Positions 20,926-29,908 are shown, counted from the stretch's first letter. The stretch is 64,000 bases of DNA from an uncultured Alphaproteobacteria bacterium (GCA_963735285.1 CAVTKN010000013.1:5758-69757), one strand, 5' to 3'. The notes: generated by a model not told the origin, from the letters alone. A program made the numbers and translations.

Positions 20926-21710
20926 GCGCGGGAACCACCACGGGCAAGCCTCTCTCCATCCGCGACCTGACCAAGGTCTACGAGACGCGCTCGGGCGAGC
21001 GGGTCGAGGCCATGGCGCGACTTTCGTTTGATGTTGCGGCCGGCGAATTTCTGGTTGTGGTGGGCCCGAGCGGCTGCGGAAAAAGCACGCTCCTGCAAAT
21101 CCTGGCGGGGATTCTTGCACCTACCGGCGGCTCGATCTCGGTGGACGGCGAGCCGATCACCGGCCCGAGCCTCGACCGCAGCATGATCTTCCAGAGCTAC
21201 GCGCTTTTTCCCTGGCTGTCCGTCCTGGAGAATGTCGAGTTCGGGCTCAAGCGAAAGTCGATTCCGCGCGCGGAGCAGCGCGCCATCGCGCTTCACTATC
21301 TCCAGCTGGTGGGCCTCAGCGATTTTGCCCGCAAGAGCATTGACGAGCTTTCCGGCGGCATGAAGCAGCGCGTCGCCATCGCCCGCGCGTTCGCTGTCAA
21401 TCCGTCGATCCTGCTGATGGACGAACCCTTCGGCGCGCTCGATGCCCTGACGCGCCGCGTTCTTCAGCGCGAGCTGCTGCGGATCTGGCAGGAACAGCAA
21501 CGCACCGTGGTTTTCATCACGCACTCGGTGAGCGAGGCGATTTATCTGGCCGATCGCATCCTGGTGATGTCCGCCCGGCCCGGCCGGATCAGGGCGGAAT
21601 GGCGCCTCGACAGCCCGCGCCCGCGGGACGTGACCTCCGTTCAACATCGTCAGCTTGAGACGGAAATTTACGCGCTCCTCGATGAGGAGGTCACTAGGAC
21701 ATTTGCGTGA
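20922..21710 (+). CDS. ABC transporter ATP-binding protein, NitT/TauT family
   Basis: Walker A GPSGCGKST, signature LSGGMKQRVAIARA and Walker B ILLMDEPF are all present. Confidence 0.9.
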   Translation: MSAGTTTGKPLSIRDLTKVYETRSGERVEAMARLSFDVAAGEFLVVVGPSGCGKSTLLQILAGILAPTGGSISVDGEPITGPSLDRSMIFQSYALFPWLSVLENVEFGLKRKSIPRAEQRAIALHYLQLVGLSDFARKSIDELSGGMKQRVAIARAFAVNPSILLMDEPFGALDALTRRVLQRELLRIWQEQQRTVVFITHSVSEAIYLADRILVMSARPGRIRAEWRLDSPRPRDVTSVQHRQLETEIYALLDEEVTRTFA

Positions 21711-21739
21711 CGGATTACTGCCTCGGATAGGGGCAATCT

Positions 21740-21802
21740 TCATTCACCGCCGCGGTCGAACCGCGCGTCTATGATTTTGCGATCGGGCCGAGGGGGCGCT
21801 GA
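21740..21802 (+). pseudogene. orphan 3'-terminal fragment of a second ddpX-like gene
   Basis: Translates SFTAAVEPRVYDFAIGPRGR-stop, against the C-terminus SFGGAAEPRAYDFAIGPRGR-stop of the full ddpX at 13823. The nucleotides differ mainly at third positions. No upstream part of the gene is present. Confidence 0.6.
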
Positions 21803-21922
21803 CGAAGTCGGCGGATCTGGAGCGTTTTGCCCAACCGAACGGCGCCTTTTTTGAAGCGCAAAATGCGATAGGATCGAGCCGTTGATTGCGGCGATAATTG
21901 TGAAGCCGCCTGAAACAAATTT

Positions 21923-22204
21923 ATGGCCAACATCATGGACGAGTCCAAACCCACCGCTGACGATCCTTTGGAAGCTTTGACCAAGTTATTCGCTGCGCTA
22001 CCCGACCAACCCACGCGTCGGTGCCGGACGTACGTACTTGAACAAGAGGACGGCCACCCCGTCTTTCGGTGCACCGACCCCGCACCCGCCGCCGAGCGCA
22101 GCGAGATTGAAATAGCAATCACCGAGACCATCGACGAACTATTTGGAGGGGACATCGTCCCGCGGAAACTTGCGCAACAGTTTCCTGGCCGCTCTAGCGG
22201 CTAG
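21923..22204 (+). CDS. hypothetical acidic protein in an AT-richer orphan segment
   Basis: 93-aa ORF (MANIMDESKPTADDPLEALTKLFAALPDQ...) with no recognisable family. A weak hairpin GTTGC-N10-GCAAC plus TTTT follows the stop. Confidence 0.25.
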   Translation: MANIMDESKPTADDPLEALTKLFAALPDQPTRRCRTYVLEQEDGHPVFRCTDPAPAAERSEIEIAITETIDELFGGDIVPRKLAQQFPGRSSG

Positions 22205-22234
22205 AGTCCGCGCCGTTGCTTTCATCACGGCAAC

Positions 22235-22253
22235 TTTTGACCATTAGTCAAAA
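22235..22253. promoter_or_regulatory. perfect palindrome TTTTGAC-CATTA-GTCAAAA (candidate operator)
   Basis: 7-bp arms and a 5-bp spacer. A near-identical second copy lies 80 bp downstream. Confidence 0.45.
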
Positions 22254-22315
22254 ATCGCCACTTCCGATCGTGGGCATCGATCAACCACATCGCGCTGCGT
22301 CTGCAAGGTTGATCG

Positions 22316-22332
22316 TTTGACTATTGGTCAAA
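22316..22332. promoter_or_regulatory. palindrome TTTGAC-TATTG-GTCAAA (second copy of candidate operator)
   Basis: 6-bp arms. It is directly preceded by the right arm of a 9-bp inverted repeat, CGATCAACC (22278-22286) / GGTTGATCG (22307-22315). Confidence 0.45.
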
Positions 22333-22518
22333 ACAAGGACCATTGGCGCTCCGTCGCGCAACCAGCCGTTAGCGCCGAGCGGAGGACTGAAGTGTTACGT
22401 CAGGGCCTCGTAGCCACTTGAGATCATTTAGAAAAACGTCCCGGGGTAAGAAACAGAAAGGCGGCTTATTATGTAACACGTCAGAAATGTTGACCTATCG
22501 TGTGCACGCGATTCAATT

Positions 22519-23019
22519 TTATTTTTTTGAATGTTTTCTCGCCGGGCGTCGCGCGCCCTTCGGCCACTTCCCCGGCCAACTCACAATATATTCCTCGAGC
22601 TTCTCGTCCGGCACATCCTTCTCGCTCGCCGCAACGCGGCCGCGCACGGAGATGCCGGCCGTGTGCACTGTGTTGGGATCGCCCGACACCAGTGGGTGCC
22701 ACCAGGCGAGATTCTTGCCTTCGGCCACCAGCCGGTAGGCGCAGGTCGGCGGCAGCCATTTCAGCCGCCGCACATTGCGCGGGGTCAACCGCACGCAATC
22801 CTTCACTTTGGCCTGCCGGTGCGCATAGTCGCTGCACTTGCAGCTTTGGCAGTCGAGCAACTTGCAGCTGACGTCGGTGTAGACCGTCGCGTTGGTATCC
22901 TCGTCGATCAGCTTGTTGAGACAGCAGCGACCGCAGCCGTCGCACAGGCTTTCCCATTCGGCGCGCGTCATTTCTGACATCGCCTTGCGGCGCCAGAATG
23001 GGACTTGTGGATCGGGCAT
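22519..23019 (-). CDS. ycgN: UPF0260 / YcgN-family Cys-rich protein
   Basis: [21 protein letters not shown]...[22 protein letters not shown]...[10 protein letters not shown] matches the YcgN (YkgJ-type zinc/iron-chelating) signature. Confidence 0.85.
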   Translation of the reverse strand: MPDPQVPFWRRKAMSEMTRAEWESLCDGCGRCCLNKLIDEDTNATVYTDVSCKLLDCQSCKCSDYAHRQAKVKDCVRLTPRNVRRLKWLPPTCAYRLVAEGKNLAWWHPLVSGDPNTVHTAGISVRGRVAASEKDVPDEKLEEYIVSWPGKWPKGARRPARKHSKK

Positions 23020-23248
23020 GGCGGGAATCCTCGAAGGCCTTTGTAGACCCTGGGCCGGGTTCCGTCATAGCGGGAGAAGCCCATAGGCAGACCCTCTCCT
23101 GCCTGTGGAACTGCCCCTTTTCCCCCGCAATTTCCGTTCACCTTGCCGGAATCAGCCCGGAACCGCGGCATTGGCCGCGGGTTGCCCGATCGGCTAGAAC
23201 ATTCCTGTCCGGCGGCCCGCCGGGCGGCACCTCACGAGCAGCAGCACC

Positions 23249-25495
23249 TTGCGCAACCCCTTCCCCGAGCAATGGAAAGCCAGGATCCAGCGGTTCCTGC
23301 TCGCGCTCGATGCGTGGGTGGATTTCAGCATTTTCCGCAGCTTCTCCGGCCTGCGCGAAACCTATGAGCGCTTCTCGACCTTCATGGACCGCTTCCACGT
23401 CTCCGGCTGGCGGCGCGGGCTCAATGAGCTGGTCTCCGAAGGCGCCACGCTCGGCACCGTCGGCCTGGTGGTGGTGCTGGCGCTGGCGATCCCGGCGTTT
23501 CGCGAAACATCGGACGATGACTGGCTGAAGAAATCCGAGCTGGCGGTCACCTTCCTCGATCGCTACGGCAACGAGGTCGGCTCGCGCGGCATCCGGCATA
23601 ATGACTCGATCCCGCTCGACCAGTTTCCCGATCACCTGATCAAGGCGGTGCTCTCGACCGAAGACAGGCGCTTCTACGAGCATTTCGGCGTCGATCTCGC
23701 CGGCACCGCGCGCGCGCTGGTCGCCAATACGCGCGCCGGCGGCGTCGTGCAGGGCGGCTCCACCATCACCCAGCAGCTCGCCAAGAACCTGTTTTTGTCC
23801 AACGAGCGCACGATCGAGCGCAAGGTCAAGGAAGCCTTCCTGGCGATGTGGCTGGAAGCGCGCCTGACCAAGAACGAAATCCTCAAATTGTATCTCGACC
23901 GCGCCTATATGGGCGGCGGCGCCTTCGGCGTGGATGCGGCCGCGCAATATTACTTCAACAAGTCGGCGCGCGACGTGAACCTGTCGGAAGCCGCGATGCT
24001 CGCCGGCCTGTTCAAGGCGCCGACCAAGTTCGCGCCGCACGTCAATTTGCCGGCCGCGCGCGCGCGCGCCAACGTCGTGCTCGATAACCTGGTCGAAGCC
24101 AACATGATGACCGAAGGCCAGGTGTTCGGCGCCCGCCGCCATCCGGCCACGCCGGTCGACCGCCGCGACGATCGCGCCGCCAATTATTATCTCGACTGGG
24201 CCTTCGACGAGATGAAGAAGCTGGTCGATACGTTTCCGAAATCGATGACGGAACGCGTGTTCGTGGTGCGCACCGCGCTCGACACCGGCTTGCAGAACAA
24301 TGCCGATGCCGCGGTGGAAAGCTCGCTGCGGCAATACGGCCAGGAATATCACGCCAAGCAGGCCGCCGCCGTGCTGATGGATGTCGACGGCTCGGTGCGC
24401 GCGATGGTCGGCGGCCGCGACTATGGCGCCAGCCAGTTCAACCGCTCCACCGACGCGATGCGCCAGCCCGGCTCATCGTTCAAGCCTTATGTCTACGCCA
24501 CCGCGCTCATGAACGGCTTCAAGCCGACATCGATCGTGGTGGACGGGCCGGTGTGCATCGGCAACTGGTGCCCGCATAACTACGGCAATGGCTATAGCGG
24601 CTCGATGCAGCTGATCCAGGCGCTCACGCATTCGGTCAATACGATTGCCGTGAAGCTGTCGATCGCGGTCGGCGGCGGCAATGCCAAGATCGGCCGCGCC
24701 AAGATCGTGAAACTGGCGCATGAGATGGGCATCCGCACGCCGCTGCCGGATACGCCGTCGCTGCCGATCGGCGCCGACGAAGTCACCGTGCTCGATCACA
24801 CCGGCGCCTATGCCACCTTCCCCAACCTGGGCAAGGCGGTGACGCCGCACGCTATTCTGGAAGTGCGCACCGGCGCCGGCGAGCTGGTCTGGCGCTTCGA
24901 CCGCGACGGGCCGAAGCCGCGGCAGGTGATGCCGGCCGGCGTTGCCGCCGACATGATCAAGATGATGAACAGCGTCGTTGAAAACGGCACGGGAAAACGC
25001 GCGCGCCTCGACGGCGTCGCCTCGGCCGGCAAGACCGGCACGACGAACGCTTATCGCGATGCCTGGTTCATGGGCTACACGGGGAATTTCGTGTGCGGCG
25101 TGTGGTTCGGCAATGACGACTACCAGGTGACCAACCGCATGACGGGCGGCTCGCTGCCGGCGATGACCTGGCACAACATCATGGCCTATGCGCATGAAGG
25201 CATCGAACTGAAGCAGCTGCCCGGCGTGGCCGTGCCGCAGGTGCGCCAGCCGCAGGCGATGGCCGAGGCAACGACAAAGAAGAAGAGCGACGCGCCGGCG
25301 ATCCCGCCGCGCCCGGCGCTGCTCACCAAGCGCGGCGCCGATGCGCTGGTGCGGGTCGAGCGGCTGATGGATGACGCCAACCGCGCGCTGGGCGGCCCCA
25401 CCAGCAGCAGCACGACGGGCCCGGTGCCGAACCCGAGCCGGGCGAAGGATAAGCAGGCGGAGGTGCCCCAGCGGCGGCGCGGCCCTGACGTCTGA
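23249..25495 (+). CDS. mrcA: bifunctional penicillin-binding protein 1A (GT51 transglycosylase / transpeptidase)
   Basis: 748-aa intact ORF. GT51 motifs are EDRRFYEHFGVD and GGSTITQQLAKN. Transpeptidase motifs are SSFKP, SVN and KTGTT. Confidence 0.9.
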   Translation: MRNPFPEQWKARIQRFLLALDAWVDFSIFRSFSGLRETYERFSTFMDRFHVSGWRRGLNELVSEGATLGTVGLVVVLALAIPAFRETSDDDWLKKSELAVTFLDRYGNEVGSRGIRHNDSIPLDQFPDHLIKAVLSTEDRRFYEHFGVDLAGTARALVANTRAGGVVQGGSTITQQLAKNLFLSNERTIERKVKEAFLAMWLEARLTKNEILKLYLDRAYMGGGAFGVDAAAQYYFNKSARDVNLSEAAMLAGLFKAPTKFAPHVNLPAARARANVVLDNLVEANMMTEGQVFGARRHPATPVDRRDDRAANYYLDWAFDEMKKLVDTFPKSMTERVFVVRTALDTGLQNNADAAVESSLRQYGQEYHAKQAAAVLMDVDGSVRAMVGGRDYGASQFNRSTDAMRQPGSSFKPYVYATALMNGFKPTSIVVDGPVCIGNWCPHNYGNGYSGSMQLIQALTHSVNTIAVKLSIAVGGGNAKIGRAKIVKLAHEMGIRTPLPDTPSLPIGADEVTVLDHTGAYATFPNLGKAVTPHAILEVRTGAGELVWRFDRDGPKPRQVMPAGVAADMIKMMNSVVENGTGKRARLDGVASAGKTGTTNAYRDAWFMGYTGNFVCGVWFGNDDYQVTNRMTGGSLPAMTWHNIMAYAHEGIELKQLPGVAVPQVRQPQAMAEATTKKKSDAPAIPPRPALLTKRGADALVRVERLMDDANRALGGPTSSSTTGPVPNPSRAKDKQAEVPQRRRGPDV

Positions 25496-25528
25496 GCTCG
25501 AAGGCCACGCTTTCGGCAGCCGGAACTG

Positions 25529-25675
25529 AATCACCGGGCAACCGGTGATCCCGATTAGAAGGACACTGCCGTGCACACTCTCTTCCGTCATGGCCGGGCT
25601 TGTCCCGGCCATCCCGCTTAGAAGGGCAAGGCCGTGCCTCCCTAAGCGAGATCACCGGGACGAGCCCGGTGACGA
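25529..25675. repeat. family A compound element (three units)
   Basis: ATCACCGGGCAACCGGTGATCC ... GTCATGGCCGGGCTTGTCCCGGCCATCCCGCTTAG ... CCTAAGCGAGATCACCGGGACGAGCCCGGTGACGAC. Confidence 0.8.
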
Positions 25676-25748
25676 CCTTCCCCTTCTCCCCGCCGCCAGC
25701 GTAATCTCCCCACCGGAACCCTCCCCTTCCTTTTTCTGCGGATCATTC

Positions 25749-26340
25749 GTGCGGCTGCTGATCGGAACGCTGTTTGCCCTCGCCGTCGCCGCCTTCGTCG
25801 GCCTCGGCCTGACGTATTATGCGCTGAGCCGCGGCGCCGCCTTCGGCGGGCTGTCGATCGACAGCTGGGATGCCTACCCCAAGACGGGCACGGTGGAGGC
25901 CGATCCTTACGCGCGCGCCTCGATCGCGCGCAGCGGGCGGCTGCCGATTGCGCTGGGCGACGGCGTGTCGTTCACGGTGCAGGAGGATGACGACGGCAAG
26001 GTGCTCGACGGGCGCTGCGACGTGGTGCTCTCCGGCATCACGCCGGTGGCGCGCTACTGGACGCTGACGCTGTACAATCCGGACGGCGGCGCTGGTCGCC
26101 AATTCGGTCGGCCGCTACGGCTTCACCAGCGAGGAAATCGCGCGCAAGGCCGACGGCACGTTCGAAGTGGTGGTGGGCCCGCGCGCCAATGCGGGCAACT
26201 GGCTGCCGACCGGCGGCGTCGAGCGCTACGAGCTGATCTTGCGGCTCTACGACACCGCGGTCGGCGTCTCGACCAAGGCGGGGCGCGAAGTCCCGATGCC
26301 GGGGGTGTTGACCAGGAGTTGCCCGGGGAAGGGCCAGTGA
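25749..26340 (+). pseudogene. DUF1214-like membrane-anchored protein, frameshifted
   Basis: GTG 25749 gives VRLLIGTLFALAVAAFVGLGLTYYAL...ARYWTLTLYNPDGG. The sense then continues in the next frame as LVANSVGRYGFTSEEIARKADGTFEVVVGPRANAGNWLPTGGVERYELILRLYDT... to TGA 26340. The junction is about 26088-26093. Confidence 0.7.
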
Positions 26341-26367
26341 TGGAGTGCGCACTGTTGGCCTCGCACG

Positions 26368-26475
26368 CCTCTCATCGTCATGGCCGGGCTTGTCCCGGTG
26401 ATCATGCTCTGAGATCACGGGCACCCGTGTCAGTGAGCGTCGCCCTAAGCGAGGTGGCCGGGACTCGTGCAACGC
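26368..26475. repeat. family A unit plus degenerate partner
   Basis: CTCTCATCGTCATGGCCGGGCTTGTCCCGGTGATC ... CCTAAGCGAGGTGGCCGGGAC. Confidence 0.7.
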
Positions 26476-26497
26476 CGTGCCACACTGCGATCACCCC

Positions 26498-27112
26498 ATG
26501 ATCCGCTGGCTGCTCCTCATCCTCGGCGGTGCGCTGCTCGGCGGCATCGTGCACCTTGCCACCGTCATCATCCTGCCGCGCACGGCCACGCAGGACGCCT
26601 ACGCGCGCCTCACGCCGATCGTGCCGGTGAACACGGTGGTGGCGCTGCCGCTGCCCTCGCCCGAAAAGGCCGTGATGCCGTTCATGGACCCCGCTTTCGC
26701 GACTGCCGTCTGCCGCTACGATCTCTCGGATGGCCCGCTCAAGCTCACGATCCCGGTGAGCCCGGCCTACACTTCGGTGTCGTTCTACACGCGGCTCGAT
26801 GTCGCCTATTACGCGATCAACGACCGCGCCGCCGGCCGGCGCGTGATCGAGCTCGATTTGATGACGCAGGCACAGCACGACAAGATTCCGGAAGACGAGG
26901 AAATCACCGCCGCCGACCGGCTGATCGTGGATTCGCCGACGCTGACGGGGCTGATCGCGATCCGCGCCATGGCGCCGGAGCCTGGGCTCATGCCGGTGGC
27001 GCAAAGCGCGGTGGCCGCGGCGCGGTGTGAGAAAGAGACCCCGGCGCCCGCGCCCGCACGCAGCGCCTGCCCACCGCCCGCGCCCGCCCGCCCGCCTGCA
27101 CGGGTACGGTAG
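26498..27112 (+). CDS. DUF1254-like membrane-anchored protein (usual partner of the DUF1214 gene)
   Basis: ATG 26498 lies within ORF 26477-27112: MIRWLLLILGGALLGGIVHLATVIILPRTATQDAYARL... The Pro/Ala-rich C-terminal tail may be extended by repeat sequence. Confidence 0.6.
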   Translation: MIRWLLLILGGALLGGIVHLATVIILPRTATQDAYARLTPIVPVNTVVALPLPSPEKAVMPFMDPAFATAVCRYDLSDGPLKLTIPVSPAYTSVSFYTRLDVAYYAINDRAAGRRVIELDLMTQAQHDKIPEDEEITAADRLIVDSPTLTGLIAIRAMAPEPGLMPVAQSAVAAARCEKETPAPAPARSACPPPAPARPPARVR

Positions 27113-28088
27113 CGGTACGGGCGCCACAGCGCTTCCCTCTCCAGAGGTGCGCACGCGGAAGCGAGCGTGCGCGGGTGAGGGGTACGGACCACGTAGGCAC
27201 TAACCCCTCACCGCCTCGCTCACTGCGTGCTCGGCACCCTCTCCTAGGGGAGACTGGCAGCGCCGCCCCTCTCCGCTCATCCCCGCGAAGCGGGGACCCA
27301 GGCCAAAATGCAATGTGCTCGCCGGCCAGCAGACCTAATTGATTCGACGCCAAACTCGGCTCTCGCCGCCACGTCGGCGGCAGCGCCTGATACCGCGCGA
27401 TCTGGCGCTTGAGCTGGTTGAGCAGCCGCTCGACCTCCACCGCCTCCGCCATCGGCGTGGTGATCACCAGCCGCTCGAGCACGTATTGATAGGCGAGCAC
27501 GCGATCCTCCAGGCTCCAGCGCACCAGCTCCACCACATGCGCGTTCTCGCGCACGCGGCGGGCGGCATTGGCGCGGTCGGCCTTGCTGATCTCCGACACG
27601 TAAGCGAGGCTCTTCTCGCGCTTCGCGTCGATGTCGATCACGCGCCCGGCGGTTTCGAAAAACTGCGACAGCCGCGTGGTGTCGTTGCGGATGTCGTCGA
27701 TCAGCCGCGCATACAGCGCCGCCGACGAGCGGTGGCATTCCTCGAACAAGCGCTCGTACAATACGCGGCGGTCCGTCACGGTGGCGCGCTTGACGCCGTA
27801 TTCGCCGGCCACCTGGTTCCATTTCTGGCGGTCGTAAGGCGGCTCGATCAGCGGATAGGCATTGTCGCGCAGCGCGCGCTCATCATCGGTGTATTCGAAA
27901 GTCGATGCGGGAACCGGATGCGACTTCAATGAATCGCGGCCGAGCCAGTCGTGGATTCCGTCGGTCACCAGCGTCTGGTTGAGCTCGCCGAAATCGCTGT
28001 TGGCGCAACCGGCGAGCAACGCGAGAACACCGAGAGCGCAGAGCGGCCGCCATGCGTGCAATCGAAACGGCGGCGGCAATATTTTCAT
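26988..28088 (-). CDS. lipoprotein of unknown function; the 3' end reads through repeats
   Basis: MKILPPPFRLHAWRPLCALGVLALLAGCANSDF has a lipobox LAGC. The sequence is protein-like to about ...RYQALPPTWRREPSLASNQ (around 27335). The remaining ~115 codons translate family B/C repeats and overlap the convergent gene, so the native stop is probably lost or shifted. Confidence 0.55.
   Translation of the reverse strand: MKILPPPFRLHAWRPLCALGVLALLAGCANSDFGELNQTLVTDGIHDWLGRDSLKSHPVPASTFEYTDDERALRDNAYPLIEPPYDRQKWNQVAGEYGVKRATVTDRRVLYERLFEECHRSSAALYARLIDDIRNDTTRLSQFFETAGRVIDIDAKREKSLAYVSEISKADRANAARRVRENAHVVELVRWSLEDRVLAYQYVLERLVITTPMAEAVEVERLLNQLKRQIARYQALPPTWRREPSLASNQLGLLAGEHIAFWPGSPLRGDERRGAALPVSPRRGCRARSERGGEGLVPTWSVPLTRARSLPRAHLWRGKRCGARTATVPVQAGGRARAVGRRCVRARAPGSLSHTAPRPPRFAPPA
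27133..27255. repeat. family C hairpin repeats (CCCTCTCC / GGTGAGGGG type), inverted pair
   Basis: CCCTCTCCAGAGGTGCGCACGCGGAAGCGAGCGTGCGCGGGTGAGGGG ... CCCCTCACCGCCTCGCTCACTGCGTGCTCGGCACCCTCTCCTAGGGGAG. Confidence 0.6.
27275..27305. repeat. family B hairpin unit
   Basis: CTCATCCCCGCGAAGCGGGGACCCAGG. Same core as the units at 29258, 34446 and 41913. Confidence 0.7.
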
Positions 28089-28112
28089 CGGAGTGTTTCG
28101 GTCGTCGATCGA

Positions 28113-28307
28113 TCAGCGCAAGGCGCGACGGCGGCGGCGGCGCCCGGGATTGTTGCCAGTGTCAGGTTCGAGGCCGTTGGTGCCGTCGGGCCCGCGGTCG
28201 ATGCGGATCACCGGAAGGATGATCACGGTCGCGGGCTCGGTATTCGCGTCGACATAGCGGCCGCCGCGTGGGCTCACCTCGTCGGGAAACCGGATGACTT
28301 CACCCAT
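28113..28307 (-). CDS. small conserved hypothetical protein
   Basis: 64-aa ORF MGEVIRFPDEVSPRGGRYVDANTEPATVIILPVIRIDRGPD... with an Arg-rich tail, immediately upstream of the lipoprotein gene. Confidence 0.35.
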   Translation of the reverse strand: MGEVIRFPDEVSPRGGRYVDANTEPATVIILPVIRIDRGPDGTNGLEPDTGNNPGRRRRRRALR

Positions 28308-28453
28308 TGCAAACCCCCTGCCGCTCCGGTGCTCGACCTCCTCGAGGCCGCCGGATCGGCGCCTTCGCCAATTAAAGGATGTGCAAGGTTAACGGTTCGC
28401 TAACGCGCGCCGACTAATCTGGCGCAATTCCGCAGTAGCGTGGCGTTTGTGTG

Positions 28454-29383
28454 ATGGTGAAGCTTCCCGCGTCCTCTCCCTTGGACAGCCTGGTCGACCT
28501 GGCGTGCCGGGATGGCGTCGAGATCCGCCCGACTTTGCTGCGCGTCCTCACTGATCTCTACGTCCAGAAACCCAGCCACAGCCCCGAAGAAGAAGCGCAA
28601 TACGTCGAGCTAGCGCTGGGGCTGATCGACGCGGTCGACCCGCTCACCCGCGGTACCGTCACCGCCACGCTGTCGGCCTACCCCGGCGCGCCCGGAGGTG
28701 GTTTTACGCAAGCTCGCAAGCTTGCCGCTGGCAAGCCGCCGCGGCGACGCCGAGGGCGACGACCTGATCGAATTGTTCTTCGATGCCAATACCGATGAAC
28801 GCCGGCTGATCCTCACCAATCTCGATGTCACGGCCGACGCGGCCGACGCTGCGTCCCATGCCGGCGGCGAGCGAGCTCATCCGCCGGCTGGAACGCGCCG
28901 CGCGCGAGCGCAACAGCGGCGAATTTGCCCGCGTGCTCGAACGCGCGCTCGGCGTGAGCCGCGAGCTCGCGACACGCATTACGCGCGACCCGTTCGGCGA
29001 GCCGCTGGTGGTGGCCGGCAAGGCGCTCGGCATGAGCGCCGACATGGTCCAGCGCATTCTGCTCTGCCTCAACCCGGTGATCGGGCAATCGGTCGAGCGA
29101 GTGTTCGAGCTCGTCGGCCTTGTTCGACGATCTCAACGCGGCGGCCGTGCACCGCATGCTCACGATCTGGCGCGCGACAGCGGCGCAGCGGCATGTGGTG
29201 ACGAGGGGGCAGCAAGCCGCAAGCTCCGTCCTCTGCTGGAACGGCAGCCCCAACATCCGTTCGTCCCCGCGAAAGCGGGGACCCAGAGGCAACACACTGC
29301 AGAGTCGTGGCGGCCCCTGGATCCCCGCTTTGCGCGGGGATGAGCGGGATAGTGTCACGGGCCGACACCAAAATCCTCCATGA
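28454..29383 (+). pseudogene. DUF2336-like protein with three frameshifts
   Basis: Sense runs through four segments. (1) ATG 28454 ...TATLSAYPGAP. (2) ORF 28698 frame ...LASLPLASRRGDAEGDDLIELFFDANTDERRLILTNLDV. (3) ORF 28825 frame ...ELIRRLERAARERNSGEFARVLERALGVSRELATRITRDPFGEPLVVAGKALGMSADMVQRILLCLNPVIGQSVERVFELV. (4) ORF 29120 frame FDDLNAAAVHRMLTIWR... The 3' end runs into family B repeats. Confidence 0.65.
29258..29352. repeat. family B inverted pair
   Basis: CGTTCGTCCCCGCGAAAGCGGGGACCCAGAGG ... CCCCTGGATCCCCGCTTTGCGCGGGGATGAGCG. Confidence 0.75.
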
Positions 29384-29484
29384 ACCTGTCTACTGGAACG
29401 ACGAGCGCCACGGCGCGCGCCAGACAGCCACGCGGACCCCGCCACGCGCCGAGCCCGTCTCGAATGGAAGGCGTAGGCCGATAG

Positions 29485-29540
29485 CCTCTCATTTGTCATG
29501 GCCGGACTTGTTCCGGCCATCTCGCTTAGGAGGCAACCGA
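29485..29540. repeat. family A single unit
   Basis: CCTCTCATTTGTCATGGCCGGACTTGTTCCGGCCATCTCGCTTAGG. Confidence 0.75.
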
Positions 29541-29554
29541 TCGAGTAGGACGCG

Positions 29555-29908
29555 TTACGTTTCACGACGCCGTCGATGAAACTGCGGCCTTCTCGATCCT
29601 CGACCTCGACAATCCACACATCCGGGTCGAAACGGATCTCCTTCACCAGCCGCGCTTCGATGTCGGCATCCGGCGCGGGCGATCTCTCCACCAACGACAG
29701 CGGAAAAAATGCGATCGGTCGGCTGCGCATCATCGAATGCGGATTGCGATGCCGGGCCAAACAGCGTGCCGGTGCCGTCGAGCCGGTTGATCTTAATGAA
29801 GATGGCGCCAGCCTCTTCGGCGCCGCGCCGGCGTACCGCTGCAAAGAGGCCTTCGACGTTGCAACGGCGCAGATAGGCCGCCACCCAGATACCGGACTTC
29901 AGTCGCAT
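29555..29908 (-). pseudogene. DUF1491-family protein, frameshifted
   Basis: ATG 29908 gives MRLKSGIWVAAYLRRCNVEGLFAAVRRRGAEEAGAIFIKINRLDGTGTLFGPA...PTDRIF. The sense continues in the ORF 28828-29844 frame as PLSLVERSPAPDADIEARLVKEIRFDPDVWIVEVEDREGRSFIDGVV. The junction falls in an A6/T6 run at 29705-29710. The 3' end is uncertain because it reads into a repeat. Confidence 0.65.

Noticed and set aside
13853-21710. Calling the block a taurine/sulfoacetaldehyde (xsc-tau) catabolic island.
   Set aside because: The ThDP enzyme N-terminus does not resemble Xsc as I recall it. The ABC system can only be assigned to the broad NitT/TauT family, and no tauXY, pta or sulfite-handling genes are present.
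22235-22332. Reading the palindromes as FixK/FNR-CRP boxes.
   Set aside because: FNR/FixK sites are TTGAT-N4-ATCAA (TTGA-N6-TCAA). These are TTGA-N7-TCAA, one base too long, and the flanking bases differ.
13824-22518. A classical integrase-mediated genomic island or transposon.
   Set aside because: There is no integrase, transposase, tRNA target or identical direct repeats. The ddpX fragment is diverged rather than an att duplication. I therefore report only recombinational acquisition as a hypothesis.
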